Positions 19,516 to 28,612 of a stretch of 64,000 nucleotides of DNA are shown here, piece by piece. The stretch is taken from positions 10,846 to 74,845 of the forward strand of contig CBFGIT010000015.1 in the NCBI GenBank assembly GCA_965648905.1, in the 5' to 3' direction. Below the pieces are notes generated by a model, which worked only from the letters and a program-made list of their open reading frames with translations, searched no databases and was not told the DNA's origin. Position numbers and translations under genes: made by a program. Origin of the DNA: a candidate division WOR-3 bacterium (GTDB lineage: Bacteria > Hydrothermota > Tepidihabitantia > Tepidihabitantales > Tepidihabitantaceae). Every line of letters begins with the position of its first letter. Position 1 is the stretch's first letter.

Positions 19516-21849
19516 TTGGACAAGCACAGCCTGGAAGTGCTCGACTTTCCGCGCATCCGAGAGATGCTCGCGGATATGTGTTCGACGCCGCTGGGCCGGG
19601 AACGGGCCCTGACGCTTGAACCCGGCCTGGCCGAGTCGCGCGTGGTCGAGGAACTGGACCGAGTCGAGGCGCTGCTTGCCCTGGCCGACGAGCCGCCGCT
19701 GTTTGAAGTCAGAGACCTGCGGCCATTGCTGGTCCACCTGCGGGCTCAGGGCACACTGAGCGGGCCGGAATTGCTTCAGGTGCGGCAGGCCTGCACCGGC
19801 ATCAGACACTGCCGCGACTTCTTCCTTCGGCGTCAGGAGCAGGTGGCCCGCGTGACACCGATCATCGCCGACCTCGTGGCCCTGCCGGAAGTCGAGCGTG
19901 AGGTCGAACGCGCGATTGACGAAGCTGGCGGCGTCAAGGACTCGGCGACGCCTGAGCTGGAGACGATCCGAACTCGACTCCGTCTGCTGCGCAATCGATT
20001 GGTCGAGAGACTCGAGCGGCTGGCCGCAGAGCAGGCCGACTGGTTTGGCGGCGGGGTCACGGTGCGTGGCGACCGCTTCGTGCTGCCGCTCCTGCTCGAA
20101 CACCGCGGGGACGTGCCCGGTGTGGTGCACGGCAGCTCTGGGTCAGGACAGACTCTGTTCGTTGAGCCGCTTGAGACCGTGGCTGACGGCAATGAACTGG
20201 CTGAGCTGCGTGATGCCGAGACCGAGGAGGTCGGGCGGATTCTGCGCCGTCTCTCACTGCTTGTTGCCGAGCACGAGCCGAAGCTGACCCGGGCCATGAC
20301 TGCAGTCGCGGAGATGGACTCGCTTGTCGCCCGCTGCCGGTTCGCGCGGCGCTATGAATGCACGCGCCCCACGGTCAGCGATGACGGCAGAGTCGAGTTG
20401 TTCCGCGCCCGGCACCCGCTCCTGCTCAGGCGCAAGACCGCGGTCGTACCGCTGACGTTCATCTTTCCTGAGGGCGACTCGGTCGTCCTCATCTCCGGGC
20501 CGAACGCCGGCGGCAAGACGGTTGTTCTCAAGACGGTCGGATTACTGAGTTTGATGCTCTCCAGCGGTATGTATCTGCCGGCCGATGCCGGCACGCGTCT
20601 GCCGGTGTTCGCCAAGGTCTTTGCCGACATCGGTGATGAGCAGTCGCTCGACTCAGACCTGTCTTCGTTCACCGCTCACCTAGGCCGGCTGACCGAGATA
20701 CTGAGTCGTGCGGATCGGACGAGTCTCGTGCTCGTTGATGAAATCGGCGCTTCCACCGCGCCGGAAGAGGGCGCGGCACTGGCCGTCGCGGTACTCGAAG
20801 AGCTGCGCGACCGGGGCGTCAAAGCCCTGGTGACGACTCATTTCGGCACGCTGAAGATGTTTGCCCGTGATGAGCCGGGCATGGCCAACGCAGCAATGGA
20901 ATGGGGTACGATACCGGGTCAGAGCCGTCGCGGGCCCACGTTTCGGCTGGTCGTGGGTCTACCCGGCGAGTCGAGTGCGTTTGAGATTGCCGAGGAGGCC
21001 GGACTGCCGCCGACAGTAGTCAACCGCGCCCGGCAGCGGATGGGGCGGGAATGGCTGGACTGGAATGCCAGGCTTCGCGCCCTTGACGAGGAACTGGAGC
21101 AGGCCCGCGGGCTCCGGCAGGAGGCCGAGCGGATGCGAAATCAGGCCGAGGTTGCCCGGCAGGAACACGAACGCGCCCTTGAGGAACTGCGCCGGCACCA
21201 GGTTAACGAGTTGGAGAAACTCCGCCGGGAACGGGAGCGATTCCTGCTGGACAAGCGCCGTGAAATCGAGAACCTCGTAAGGCAAATCAAGGAAAGAAAG
21301 GCCGACCATGAAAGCGTGGTTCAGGCCAAGAGCGTGGTCGAGCATGAGCTTGCCTGCCTGCCGGCCGAGCCGGTCGTTGAGACCGTTCCGACACCGAACC
21401 TGAGTGAGTTCAGGGCGGGCGACATTGTTGAATCCCGCACGTTCCGCCGGCAAGGCAGTGTGGTTGAAGTGACCGGTTCGAGCGTCACGGTCGCCTTTGG
21501 CCAGATTAAGATGACGCTCGACGCACGTGACCTAAGGCTGGTGCCGACGGCAGGGGCAGTGCCGACGCCCGAGGCGGTCATCTGCGAGCCTTACCGTTTT
21601 GATCCGAATCTGAATGTGCGGGGCATGACGACCGATGAAGCAGAACAGGCGTTGAGCAGATTCCTTGATGAGGCAGCAGCCAGCGGCGCCAGCGAGCTTT
21701 GTGTGCTGCATGGCAAGGGAACCGGGGCCCTGCGTCGCTCTCTGTGGGCAAGGCTTCGGCACGACCCGCGTGTCGCCGGGATGAAGCTGGCAGAAGCGGC
21801 CCAGGGGGGCAGCGGCGTGACCCTCGTGACCCTGAAAGCGGAAAGATGA
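19516..21849 (+). CDS. mutS2: Endonuclease MutS2
   Basis: SGQTLFVEP, ISGPNAGGKT, DIGDEQS...LSSF, C-terminal Smr domain (HGKGTGAL, GGSGVT). Confidence 0.95.
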   Translation: MDKHSLEVLDFPRIREMLADMCSTPLGRERALTLEPGLAESRVVEELDRVEALLALADEPPLFEVRDLRPLLVHLRAQGTLSGPELLQVRQACTGIRHCRDFFLRRQEQVARVTPIIADLVALPEVEREVERAIDEAGGVKDSATPELETIRTRLRLLRNRLVERLERLAAEQADWFGGGVTVRGDRFVLPLLLEHRGDVPGVVHGSSGSGQTLFVEPLETVADGNELAELRDAETEEVGRILRRLSLLVAEHEPKLTRAMTAVAEMDSLVARCRFARRYECTRPTVSDDGRVELFRARHPLLLRRKTAVVPLTFIFPEGDSVVLISGPNAGGKTVVLKTVGLLSLMLSSGMYLPADAGTRLPVFAKVFADIGDEQSLDSDLSSFTAHLGRLTEILSRADRTSLVLVDEIGASTAPEEGAALAVAVLEELRDRGVKALVTTHFGTLKMFARDEPGMANAAMEWGTIPGQSRRGPTFRLVVGLPGESSAFEIAEEAGLPPTVVNRARQRMGREWLDWNARLRALDEELEQARGLRQEAERMRNQAEVARQEHERALEELRRHQVNELEKLRRERERFLLDKRREIENLVRQIKERKADHESVVQAKSVVEHELACLPAEPVVETVPTPNLSEFRAGDIVESRTFRRQGSVVEVTGSSVTVAFGQIKMTLDARDLRLVPTAGAVPTPEAVICEPYRFDPNLNVRGMTTDEAEQALSRFLDEAAASGASELCVLHGKGTGALRRSLWARLRHDPRVAGMKLAEAAQGGSGVTLVTLKAER

Positions 21850-23519
21850 TAAGACCCGAGACAGTTGAGCAGGTGCGCGTTTCGACCGACATCGTCGAAC
21901 TGGTCGGCGGGTATCTGCCGCTGAAACGGGTCGGTCGCAACTACCGCGGACTGTGTCCATTTCATTCTGAGCGCTCACCGTCGTTCTACGTCAATCCGGA
22001 GCGGCAGACCTATCATTGCTTTGGGTGCGGTGTTGGCGGCGGTTCCATCAACTTCGTAATGGCCATGGAAAAACTGGAGTTCCCGGAAGCGGTCCGGTTC
22101 CTTGCCGGGCGTCTGGGTATCAAGGTCGAAGAGGACCGGACACCGGGTCGCAATCAGGCGCTCTACGATGCCTGCGAACAGGCCACGGCCTTCTTCGAAC
22201 AGCAGCTTGTTCGATCCTCCGTGGCGCAGTCATATCTTGAGCTTCGGGGCCTCGGTCGGGAGACTGTGCGTCGCTTTCGGCTGGGTTATGCGCCGCCCGG
22301 CAATGTGCTGCGGGGCCAAGCGAGGAAACGCGGACTGGCTGAAGATACGCTGGTTTCGGCCGGCCTGCTGGTGAGGCGTGACAACGGTCTGACCGACTAT
22401 TTCTATGACCGGGTGGTCTTCCCGGTATTCTCGCTCTCGGGCAAGGTCATCGGGTTCGGAGCCAGGGTGATGGGTGATTCCGAGCCGAAGTACCTGAACT
22501 CGCCGGACACGGCCATCTTCCAGAAGGGCAGCATCCTCTACGGTGCGTTCCAGACCAAGGCGTATCTGAGGGAGTCGACGCCGATTCTGGTTGAGGGCAA
22601 CTTCGACCTTCTGTCGCTTGTGAACGCCGGGGTCAACCATGTCGTCGCTGGGCTCGGGACTGCCCTCACTCCGACTCAAGCGCAGCTATTGCGAAGATAC
22701 AACGGCCGGGTTATCATTTGCTATGATGGCGACAGAGCTGGTCGACAAGCCAGTCGACGGGCAATCGAGGTTCTGCTCGCGGCCGGAGTGGACCCGCAGA
22801 TTGCGCTGCTGCCGGTCGACACAGACCCTGATGACTATGTCCGGAAGCATGGTCGAGACGAGTTGCTCGCCCTGCTGGGACACGCCCCTGACTTCGTTGA
22901 TTTCGTGCTTGGGGACCACCGACTCGATTCGGTTGCTGACCAGCGTGCCGCGGTGGCCGAGCTTGCCGGTATACTCAGGCTTGTTGGTGACAACGTGACT
23001 TATGAACTCTATGCCAATCGGATTGCGGACCGGTTTCGCCTCGACCGGCGCAGCCTGCTCCAAGGTGGCGGCAAAGCGTCATCCTACCCGCCAGTCCGGC
23101 CGGTCCAGAGTGAGGAACGCCTGGTGGCGATGGTCATACAGCATCGTGAGCTGGCCCGTCTGGCGCGAGACATGAGTCTGTCTGAAGCATTGGACGACCC
23201 GATTCTGCAATCGGTGTGCCGGCTGGCTGAGGAGCACGTCGATGACGCCGGATATGGCCCGGGAATGTTGATCGACCTGATTGAGGAAGAGGCAACGCGC
23301 CGTCGAGTCGCAAGCTGGACGTTCCTGGAGGATGGACAGCCGAAGGAAGGCGACCTCCGTCAGGTTTCTGCAAGAATGAGAACCGTGAAGGCTGGATGGC
23401 TGCGTCGGCTCGCAGACGCGGCCTACGAAAAAGGTGATACCGATCGAGCTGACATGCTGAATGCAGAGCGCAGTCATCTGCTGGGTTCTGCGGCGGCCGA
23501 AAGGAACATTCGCTCATGA
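21846..23519 (+). CDS. dnaG: DNA primase
   Basis: ATGA overlap; CPFHSE..PSF...CFGC zinc finger; [28 protein letters not shown]. Confidence 0.97.
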   Translation: MIRPETVEQVRVSTDIVELVGGYLPLKRVGRNYRGLCPFHSERSPSFYVNPERQTYHCFGCGVGGGSINFVMAMEKLEFPEAVRFLAGRLGIKVEEDRTPGRNQALYDACEQATAFFEQQLVRSSVAQSYLELRGLGRETVRRFRLGYAPPGNVLRGQARKRGLAEDTLVSAGLLVRRDNGLTDYFYDRVVFPVFSLSGKVIGFGARVMGDSEPKYLNSPDTAIFQKGSILYGAFQTKAYLRESTPILVEGNFDLLSLVNAGVNHVVAGLGTALTPTQAQLLRRYNGRVIICYDGDRAGRQASRRAIEVLLAAGVDPQIALLPVDTDPDDYVRKHGRDELLALLGHAPDFVDFVLGDHRLDSVADQRAAVAELAGILRLVGDNVTYELYANRIADRFRLDRRSLLQGGGKASSYPPVRPVQSEERLVAMVIQHRELARLARDMSLSEALDDPILQSVCRLAEEHVDDAGYGPGMLIDLIEEEATRRRVASWTFLEDGQPKEGDLRQVSARMRTVKAGWLRRLADAAYEKGDTDRADMLNAERSHLLGSAAAERNIRS

Positions 23520-25264
23520 AAGAAGCCAAGCAGCGGTCCGGGACATCGAAGAGGCAGAAAGCACCTGTTCCGGTCCAGCCCGTGACCCCGTCCGTCGATA
23601 AGGAGGAACTGGACGAACTGGCGGAAACGCTTGTCAAGCCGGTGCGCCGCGGCCGCGGCCGGCCGCGGAAGACCGAGCGTGCCCCGTGGCTGGCAACGGT
23701 CTACCGCCGGGCGTCGCCGGACAAGACCATTACTTATGATGAACTGGAGGACCTGGTCCCAGACGACATCCTGATGTCGACCGAACGGCTGGACGAGGTT
23801 ATCTCCGGACTGGCCCGCAGTGGCATTAGAATGACCGAAGTGCGGGAGGAAGAGGTCGAGAGCGCGGTCATGCGCAAGGGACCGAAACCGGTCGTCCAGC
23901 GTACCGAAGACCCGACCAAGTCGTACTTCCGCGAGTTGTCGAAGCTCCCGCTCCTGACCCGCGAGGAAGAAGTCCACTATTCCAAGGAGATGGAGGAGGG
24001 GTATCGGAGTATCATCAAGTACCTGTTTGACCCGGTGCCGATGATGCGTCGGCTGGTCGAGGAGTGCATGGCGATCGAGGAAGGTACGAAGTCGCTCGAC
24101 CAGATTGCGCGTGTCGAGTTTGAGTGCCTGTTCGACAAGAAGGCGCTCTGGCGCGACCGGCAGAAGTTCGTGCGGTCGCTGCGTGAAATCCGACGCGAGG
24201 CAGACCGGATCGAGCTGCTCAAGCAGCGCAAGAGCAGTGCGTCGGTTCAACGGCGGATTGACGAAGCCAAGCAGCGGGTGTTCAGTCGGATTCAGTCGCT
24301 TTCGCTCCAGCATCATCTGATCAACAACCTCATCTCTGAGTTCAAGGAGAAGGGAACTGAAGCGGTGCGGCTGTCCGAGCAACTGGCGGAGGTCAAGCTT
24401 GAGGGACGGGACGATACTGAAGAGGCGACCGAACAGCGTCGTCGGCTGCGTGAGTGCCACCAGTTCCTCGGCCGCAATACCGCCGACATCAAGAAGGTAC
24501 TGTTCGAGATGGCCCGCTGTGAGAACCGGATTATTGCTGCCCGGGACAAGATGATTGAGGGCAACGTGCGGCTCGTCATCTCAATTGCCAAGCGCTACGC
24601 GAACCGGGGCCTGGACTTCGCCGACCTATTGGAGGAGGGCAACGTCGGGCTGATCAAGGCCGTGGAGAAGTTCAACTACCGTAAGGGATTCAAGTTCTCG
24701 ACCTACGCGACCTGGTGGATAAAGCAGGCAATAACCCGGGCGATCGCCGACCAGTCGCGGACTGTCCGCGTGCCGGCACACATCATTGATGCGATCAATC
24801 GTGTGGCCAAGCTGCAACGTAAGTTCATGCAGCAGTACGGTCGGGAAGCAACGATTGCCGAGCTCGCACAGCGACTTTCGACGCCCAAGGAGAAGATCGA
24901 GGCGTTGACGAGGATATCGCAGTTCGGGGTATCACTCGACAAGCCAGTGGATGATGACGAGACGAGTTTCATCGGCGATTTCATCTACGACGAGAAGACC
25001 GCGTCGCCTTCTCATGCGGCTGGAGTATCGCTGCTGGCGGAGAAACTCGAAGAAGCGCTTTCCGTGTTGACCAAACGTGAGGAGAAGGTCCTGCGGCTGC
25101 GCTTCGGGCTCGGCGACGGCTGCCCCCGGACACTGGAGGAGGTCGGTCAGATATTCAATATCACGCGCGAACGTGTTCGTCAGATTGAGGCCAAGGCGCT
25201 GAAGAAACTGCGTCATCCGGTGCGGCTGCGCCGGTTCGAGCCGCTGCGCGACCTGTTGCAGTGA
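23516..25264 (+). CDS. rpoD: Primary RNA polymerase sigma factor sigma70
   Basis: [53 protein letters not shown]; follows dnaG. Confidence 0.95.
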   Translation: MKEAKQRSGTSKRQKAPVPVQPVTPSVDKEELDELAETLVKPVRRGRGRPRKTERAPWLATVYRRASPDKTITYDELEDLVPDDILMSTERLDEVISGLARSGIRMTEVREEEVESAVMRKGPKPVVQRTEDPTKSYFRELSKLPLLTREEEVHYSKEMEEGYRSIIKYLFDPVPMMRRLVEECMAIEEGTKSLDQIARVEFECLFDKKALWRDRQKFVRSLREIRREADRIELLKQRKSSASVQRRIDEAKQRVFSRIQSLSLQHHLINNLISEFKEKGTEAVRLSEQLAEVKLEGRDDTEEATEQRRRLRECHQFLGRNTADIKKVLFEMARCENRIIAARDKMIEGNVRLVISIAKRYANRGLDFADLLEEGNVGLIKAVEKFNYRKGFKFSTYATWWIKQAITRAIADQSRTVRVPAHIIDAINRVAKLQRKFMQQYGREATIAELAQRLSTPKEKIEALTRISQFGVSLDKPVDDDETSFIGDFIYDEKTASPSHAAGVSLLAEKLEEALSVLTKREEKVLRLRFGLGDGCPRTLEEVGQIFNITRERVRQIEAKALKKLRHPVRLRRFEPLRDLLQ

Positions 25265-25734
25265 GTCGGGTAGGAATCATCGCGGATACGCACGATAACC
25301 TCGCGAAGGTACGGAGGGCGGTCGAGTGTCTGAACCGGCATAGAGTCGAGCAAGTCGTTCACTGCGGTGACGTTGTGGCTCAGTTCGTACTGGTTGAGCT
25401 TGGCCGACTGCAGGCACCCTTGCTGGGCGTTTTCGGAAACTGCGACGGCGACCGAAGCGCGTTGCTCGCGCGGGCGCGCCAGTTCAACTTCCGATGGAGT
25501 GACGGCCCCTGCTTCTTTTCGGTCGGGGACCGGCGACTGGCGGTGACGCACCAGCCGGTCACGCCCCCTCAGGACTGCGACTTCTACCTGCACGGTCACA
25601 CCCATCAGAAGCTGCACCAGCCGGGTCGGCCTACGATCGTCAATCCGGGCGAAGCATGCGGCTGGCTGACCGGCCGCGCGACCATGGCCATCCTCGATAC
25701 TGAGACCGGCTCAGTGGACTTCGTTGACCTTTAG
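25261..25734 (+). CDS. Metallophosphoesterase (YfcE/MJ0936 family)
   Basis: ADTHDN, HCGD, GNCD, HGHTH, NPGE motifs. Confidence 0.9.
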   Translation: MSRVGIIADTHDNLAKVRRAVECLNRHRVEQVVHCGDVVAQFVLVELGRLQAPLLGVFGNCDGDRSALLARARQFNFRWSDGPCFFSVGDRRLAVTHQPVTPPQDCDFYLHGHTHQKLHQPGRPTIVNPGEACGWLTGRATMAILDTETGSVDFVDL

Positions 25735-25743
25735 GATGTATCT

Positions 25744-26466
25744 GTGACCCAAGTCCGGCAGTCAGCGACCCAGCCGGTCGGGCCTGGCCTCTATGTCGTA
25801 TCAACTCCAATCGGCAATCTCGGTGACATGACTCAACGGGCAATCTCCACCCTCGCAGGCGTCGATGTCGTTGCCTGTGAGGACACACGCCGTACCGGTC
25901 TCCTGCTCAGTCACCACGGAGTGAGTAATCGGCTCCTCTCGTACCATGAGTACAACAAGCTACGCCGGACTCCCGAATTGCTCGAGTTTCTGAGACAGGG
26001 AAAGAGCGTCGCCCTGGTCAGTGACGCCGGTACGCCCGGTATCTCTGACCCGGGGTTTCATCTCATTCGGGCCGCGGCTGATGCTGGTTACCGGGTAATC
26101 CCGGTTCCCGGTGCATCGGCCCTGCTTGCGGCTTTGGTCGTATCCGGCCTCCCGTCGGACCGGTTCGTATTTGAGGGATTCCTGCCAAAGCGCGACGGCC
26201 GGCGGCGGCGGCGCATCGCGGCGCTCGCCCACGAGTCCCGGACGATGGTCTTCTGCGAGGCTGCTCGCCGGGTAGGATACGTATTAGCTGAGATGCTGGA
26301 GATGTGGGGCGACCGCCGAGCCGTGCTCTGCCGGGAATTGACCAAGAAGTTCGAGGAAATACTCCGCGGCAGGCTCAGCGAAATCATCGAGGCGGTTAGA
26401 GACCGCAGCCTCAAAGGCGAGACTGTGTTGGTTGTTGCCGGTCATGGGCGAGACGCTGAAGACTAG
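25744..26466 (+). CDS. rsmI: 16S rRNA C1402 2'-O-methyltransferase
   Basis: LYVVSTPIGNLGD, CEDTR, VSDAGTPGISDPG, RELTKKFEE. Confidence 0.96.
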   Translation: MTQVRQSATQPVGPGLYVVSTPIGNLGDMTQRAISTLAGVDVVACEDTRRTGLLLSHHGVSNRLLSYHEYNKLRRTPELLEFLRQGKSVALVSDAGTPGISDPGFHLIRAAADAGYRVIPVPGASALLAALVVSGLPSDRFVFEGFLPKRDGRRRRRIAALAHESRTMVFCEAARRVGYVLAEMLEMWGDRRAVLCRELTKKFEEILRGRLSEIIEAVRDRSLKGETVLVVAGHGRDAED

Positions 26467-27031
26467 GGGCAGACAGCTACTGCGGCCGGTCGTCCGGCTT
26501 CTGATCCGGACGCGGATTCCGCCTGCGGTCGTGACCGTGGCGGCTCTGCCCTTGAGCGCTGTTGCCGCGTGGTTGTTTGCCGTTGGAAGGTTTCGTGCGG
26601 CTGGTCTGTTCCTGATTCTGGTCGGGCTGTGTGATTCGCTGGACGGCGAAGTCTCACGGCAGTCGGGCCAGGCCAGCAGCAACGGAGCCTTCCTTGATTC
26701 CACTGTAGACCGCCTCAGCGAGGCATTTGTCCTTGTTGGTCTCTACTGGTACTATCAGTTCTGGAACCCCTGGCACGCTTTGCTCGCAGTGCTGGCCCTT
26801 GTTTTCTCTTTGCTTGTTTCGTACGTGCGGGCAAGAGCCGAGGGGCTGGCAAGAGAATGCAAGGTCGGCGTGTTCGAACGGCCGGTGCGCGTGGTTATCC
26901 TGATCGTCGGCGCAATCCTGCTGGGCCGTACGTACATGCCGGTGGCGACCGGACTTGTGGCCCTCGGCAGTCTGGTTACGGTGATTCATCGATTCGTCCA
27001 TGTTCTGCAGCAGAAGGAGCCGGACGGCTGA
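26444..27031 (+). CDS. CDP-alcohol phosphatidyltransferase family protein
   Basis: DSLDGEVSR...GAFLDSTVDR motif; SYVRARAE; multiple TM segments. Confidence 0.9.
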   Translation: MGETLKTRGRQLLRPVVRLLIRTRIPPAVVTVAALPLSAVAAWLFAVGRFRAAGLFLILVGLCDSLDGEVSRQSGQASSNGAFLDSTVDRLSEAFVLVGLYWYYQFWNPWHALLAVLALVFSLLVSYVRARAEGLARECKVGVFERPVRVVILIVGAILLGRTYMPVATGLVALGSLVTVIHRFVHVLQQKEPDG

Positions 27032-28299
27032 GCGGGCGCATTCTGCTTGTCGGGGTTGCCCGATCGGGACAGTCACGCTGGGCCAGAGCCGACGCGCTGC
27101 AGGAACTGGCCGAACTGACCAAGACCGCGGGCGGCGAGGTGGTCGAACGCCTGATACAGGTGCGTCCTAGTCCTGACCCGGCAACGTTTGTCGGCCGAGG
27201 AATGGTCGAGCGTCTGACGCATCTCTGCCGCCAACACCGCGTCGACCTGCTGATATTCGATGATGAACTGAGTCCGACCCAGCAACGCAATCTCGAACAG
27301 GCGCTGCGCGTCCGCGTGATTGACCGCGCCGCACTGATTCTCGACATATTCGCCCTTCACGCACGCACCGCTGAAGCCAAGATACAGGTTGAGCTCGCAC
27401 AACTTGAGTATCGTCGTCCCAGGCTTGGAGGGCTGGGTATTGAGATGTCGCGGCTTGGCGGTGGCATCGGCACGCGCGGACCAGGGGAAACCCAGCTCGA
27501 AGTTGACCGGCGTCGAATCGACCAGCGAATCGGAATACTGCGCCGAGCCCTGGCGCGTATTGAACGAGAACGCATCACGCAGCGCGGCCGTCGTGCGGGT
27601 GTGTTCGGAGTTGCTCTGACCGGTTACACCAACGCCGGCAAGTCCACACTGCTTAACCGCCTGGCCGGTGCGAGCGTCAGGGTATCGGACCAGATGTTCG
27701 CCACGCTTGATGCCAACACCAAAGCGGTTCAACTTGCGCGCAACGTGGAGGTCCTGGTCACGGACACGGTCGGGTTCATCCGAGACCTGCCGCCCCAGTT
27801 AGTGGCCAGCTTTCGTTCGACGCTGTCCGGCATCCGGGAGGCCGACCTCGTGCTTCATGTTGTTGATGCTGGCGACGAGCAGGTTGACCGCAGAGTGGAT
27901 GTGGTCAACGATACGCTTGCCGAGGTGGGTGCTCAGGACAAAGCGGTCATGATGGTATTCTCCAAAGTCGACCGGGTCTGCGACCACACGGTACTCAGGC
28001 GTCTACGGCGTGACTTCGCTGGCGCGCTGTTTGTCTCAGGCCTGACCGGTTTCGGGATTGACCGGCTGAAAGCAGCCCTGCTGCGTCAAGTCGAGCAGGG
28101 GATGGTAACACGCGTTTTCACAATCCCCAATGCTTGCCCTAGGCTGCTGAGTCTTGTTCGGGACGCGGGCCGCGTCTTGAGTGAACAGCAGCTCGTCGGT
28201 CGAACGCGCTTGCGTGTGATCGGTTCGATACCGGCCCTCGCTCGTGTGCGTAAGGCGCTGGATTCGGTCACGCGTGAGCGAGTACCGACTGAGCGCTGA
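27028..28299 (+). CDS. hflX: GTPase HflX (probable CTG start)
   Basis: ILDIFA.HART.EAK.QVELAQL, GIGTRGPGE..LE.DRR, GYTNAGKSTL, DTVGFI; start position is uncertain. Confidence 0.93.
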   Translation: MSGRILLVGVARSGQSRWARADALQELAELTKTAGGEVVERLIQVRPSPDPATFVGRGMVERLTHLCRQHRVDLLIFDDELSPTQQRNLEQALRVRVIDRAALILDIFALHARTAEAKIQVELAQLEYRRPRLGGLGIEMSRLGGGIGTRGPGETQLEVDRRRIDQRIGILRRALARIERERITQRGRRAGVFGVALTGYTNAGKSTLLNRLAGASVRVSDQMFATLDANTKAVQLARNVEVLVTDTVGFIRDLPPQLVASFRSTLSGIREADLVLHVVDAGDEQVDRRVDVVNDTLAEVGAQDKAVMMVFSKVDRVCDHTVLRRLRRDFAGALFVSGLTGFGIDRLKAALLRQVEQGMVTRVFTIPNACPRLLSLVRDAGRVLSEQQLVGRTRLRVIGSIPALARVRKALDSVTRERVPTER

Positions 28300-28325
28300 G
28301 CCCCGCCGCGTTGCGGCGGGGCTCA
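28297..28325. terminator. Perfect GC-rich hairpin between convergent hflX and tRNA-Pro
   Basis: TGAGCCCCGCCGC-GTT-GCGGCGGGGCTCA (13-bp stem). Confidence 0.7.
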
Positions 28326-28329
28326 AGAG

Positions 28330-28403
28330 TCGGGGCGACCCGATTTGAACGGGCGACCCCCAGCACCCCAAGCTGGTGCGCTAGCCAACTGCGCCACGCC
28401 CCG
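28330..28403 (-). tRNA. tRNA-Pro(GGG); CCA not encoded
   Basis: Minus strand CGGGGCGTGGCGCAGTTGGCTAGCGCACCAGCTT-GGG-GTGCTGGGGGTCGCCCGTTCAAATCGGGTCGCCCCGA folds as a cloverleaf with TTCAAATC T-loop. Confidence 0.97.
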
Positions 28404-28451
28404 AACAGAGAGAACCGAATCGGCAAAGACCGCCAGTTAGCCTCCTCACAG

Positions 28452-28480
28452 ATGGTAGCCGAACCAGAACAGCGAGTCAA
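28452..28480 (-). promoter_or_regulatory. Putative sigma70 promoter for tRNA-Pro
   Basis: TTGACT-17 bp-TACCAT on the minus strand. Confidence 0.6.
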
Positions 28481-28612
28481 GCTGCCCGTGGCCGCGCCAG
28501 CACCGGATCGAGTTCAGGAACGGAGTCGGGCGCGGCCGAGCAGGCCGAGCCCCTGAGCGATTTCGGCCGAGACTGCTTTGATCGGTTGGGTAAGTTAGTG
28601 GCTGGCAATGAT

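Noticed and set aside
28503..28575. Additional 12-bp phasing (ccgga/cagga/cgggc) upstream of tRNA-Pro; similar hint at ~61540-61575
   Set aside because: Only about three units in phase; indistinguishable from chance in GC-rich DNA.
28330..28612. tRNA-Pro as an integration site
   Set aside because: No integrase and no duplicated tRNA 3' end seen in the window.
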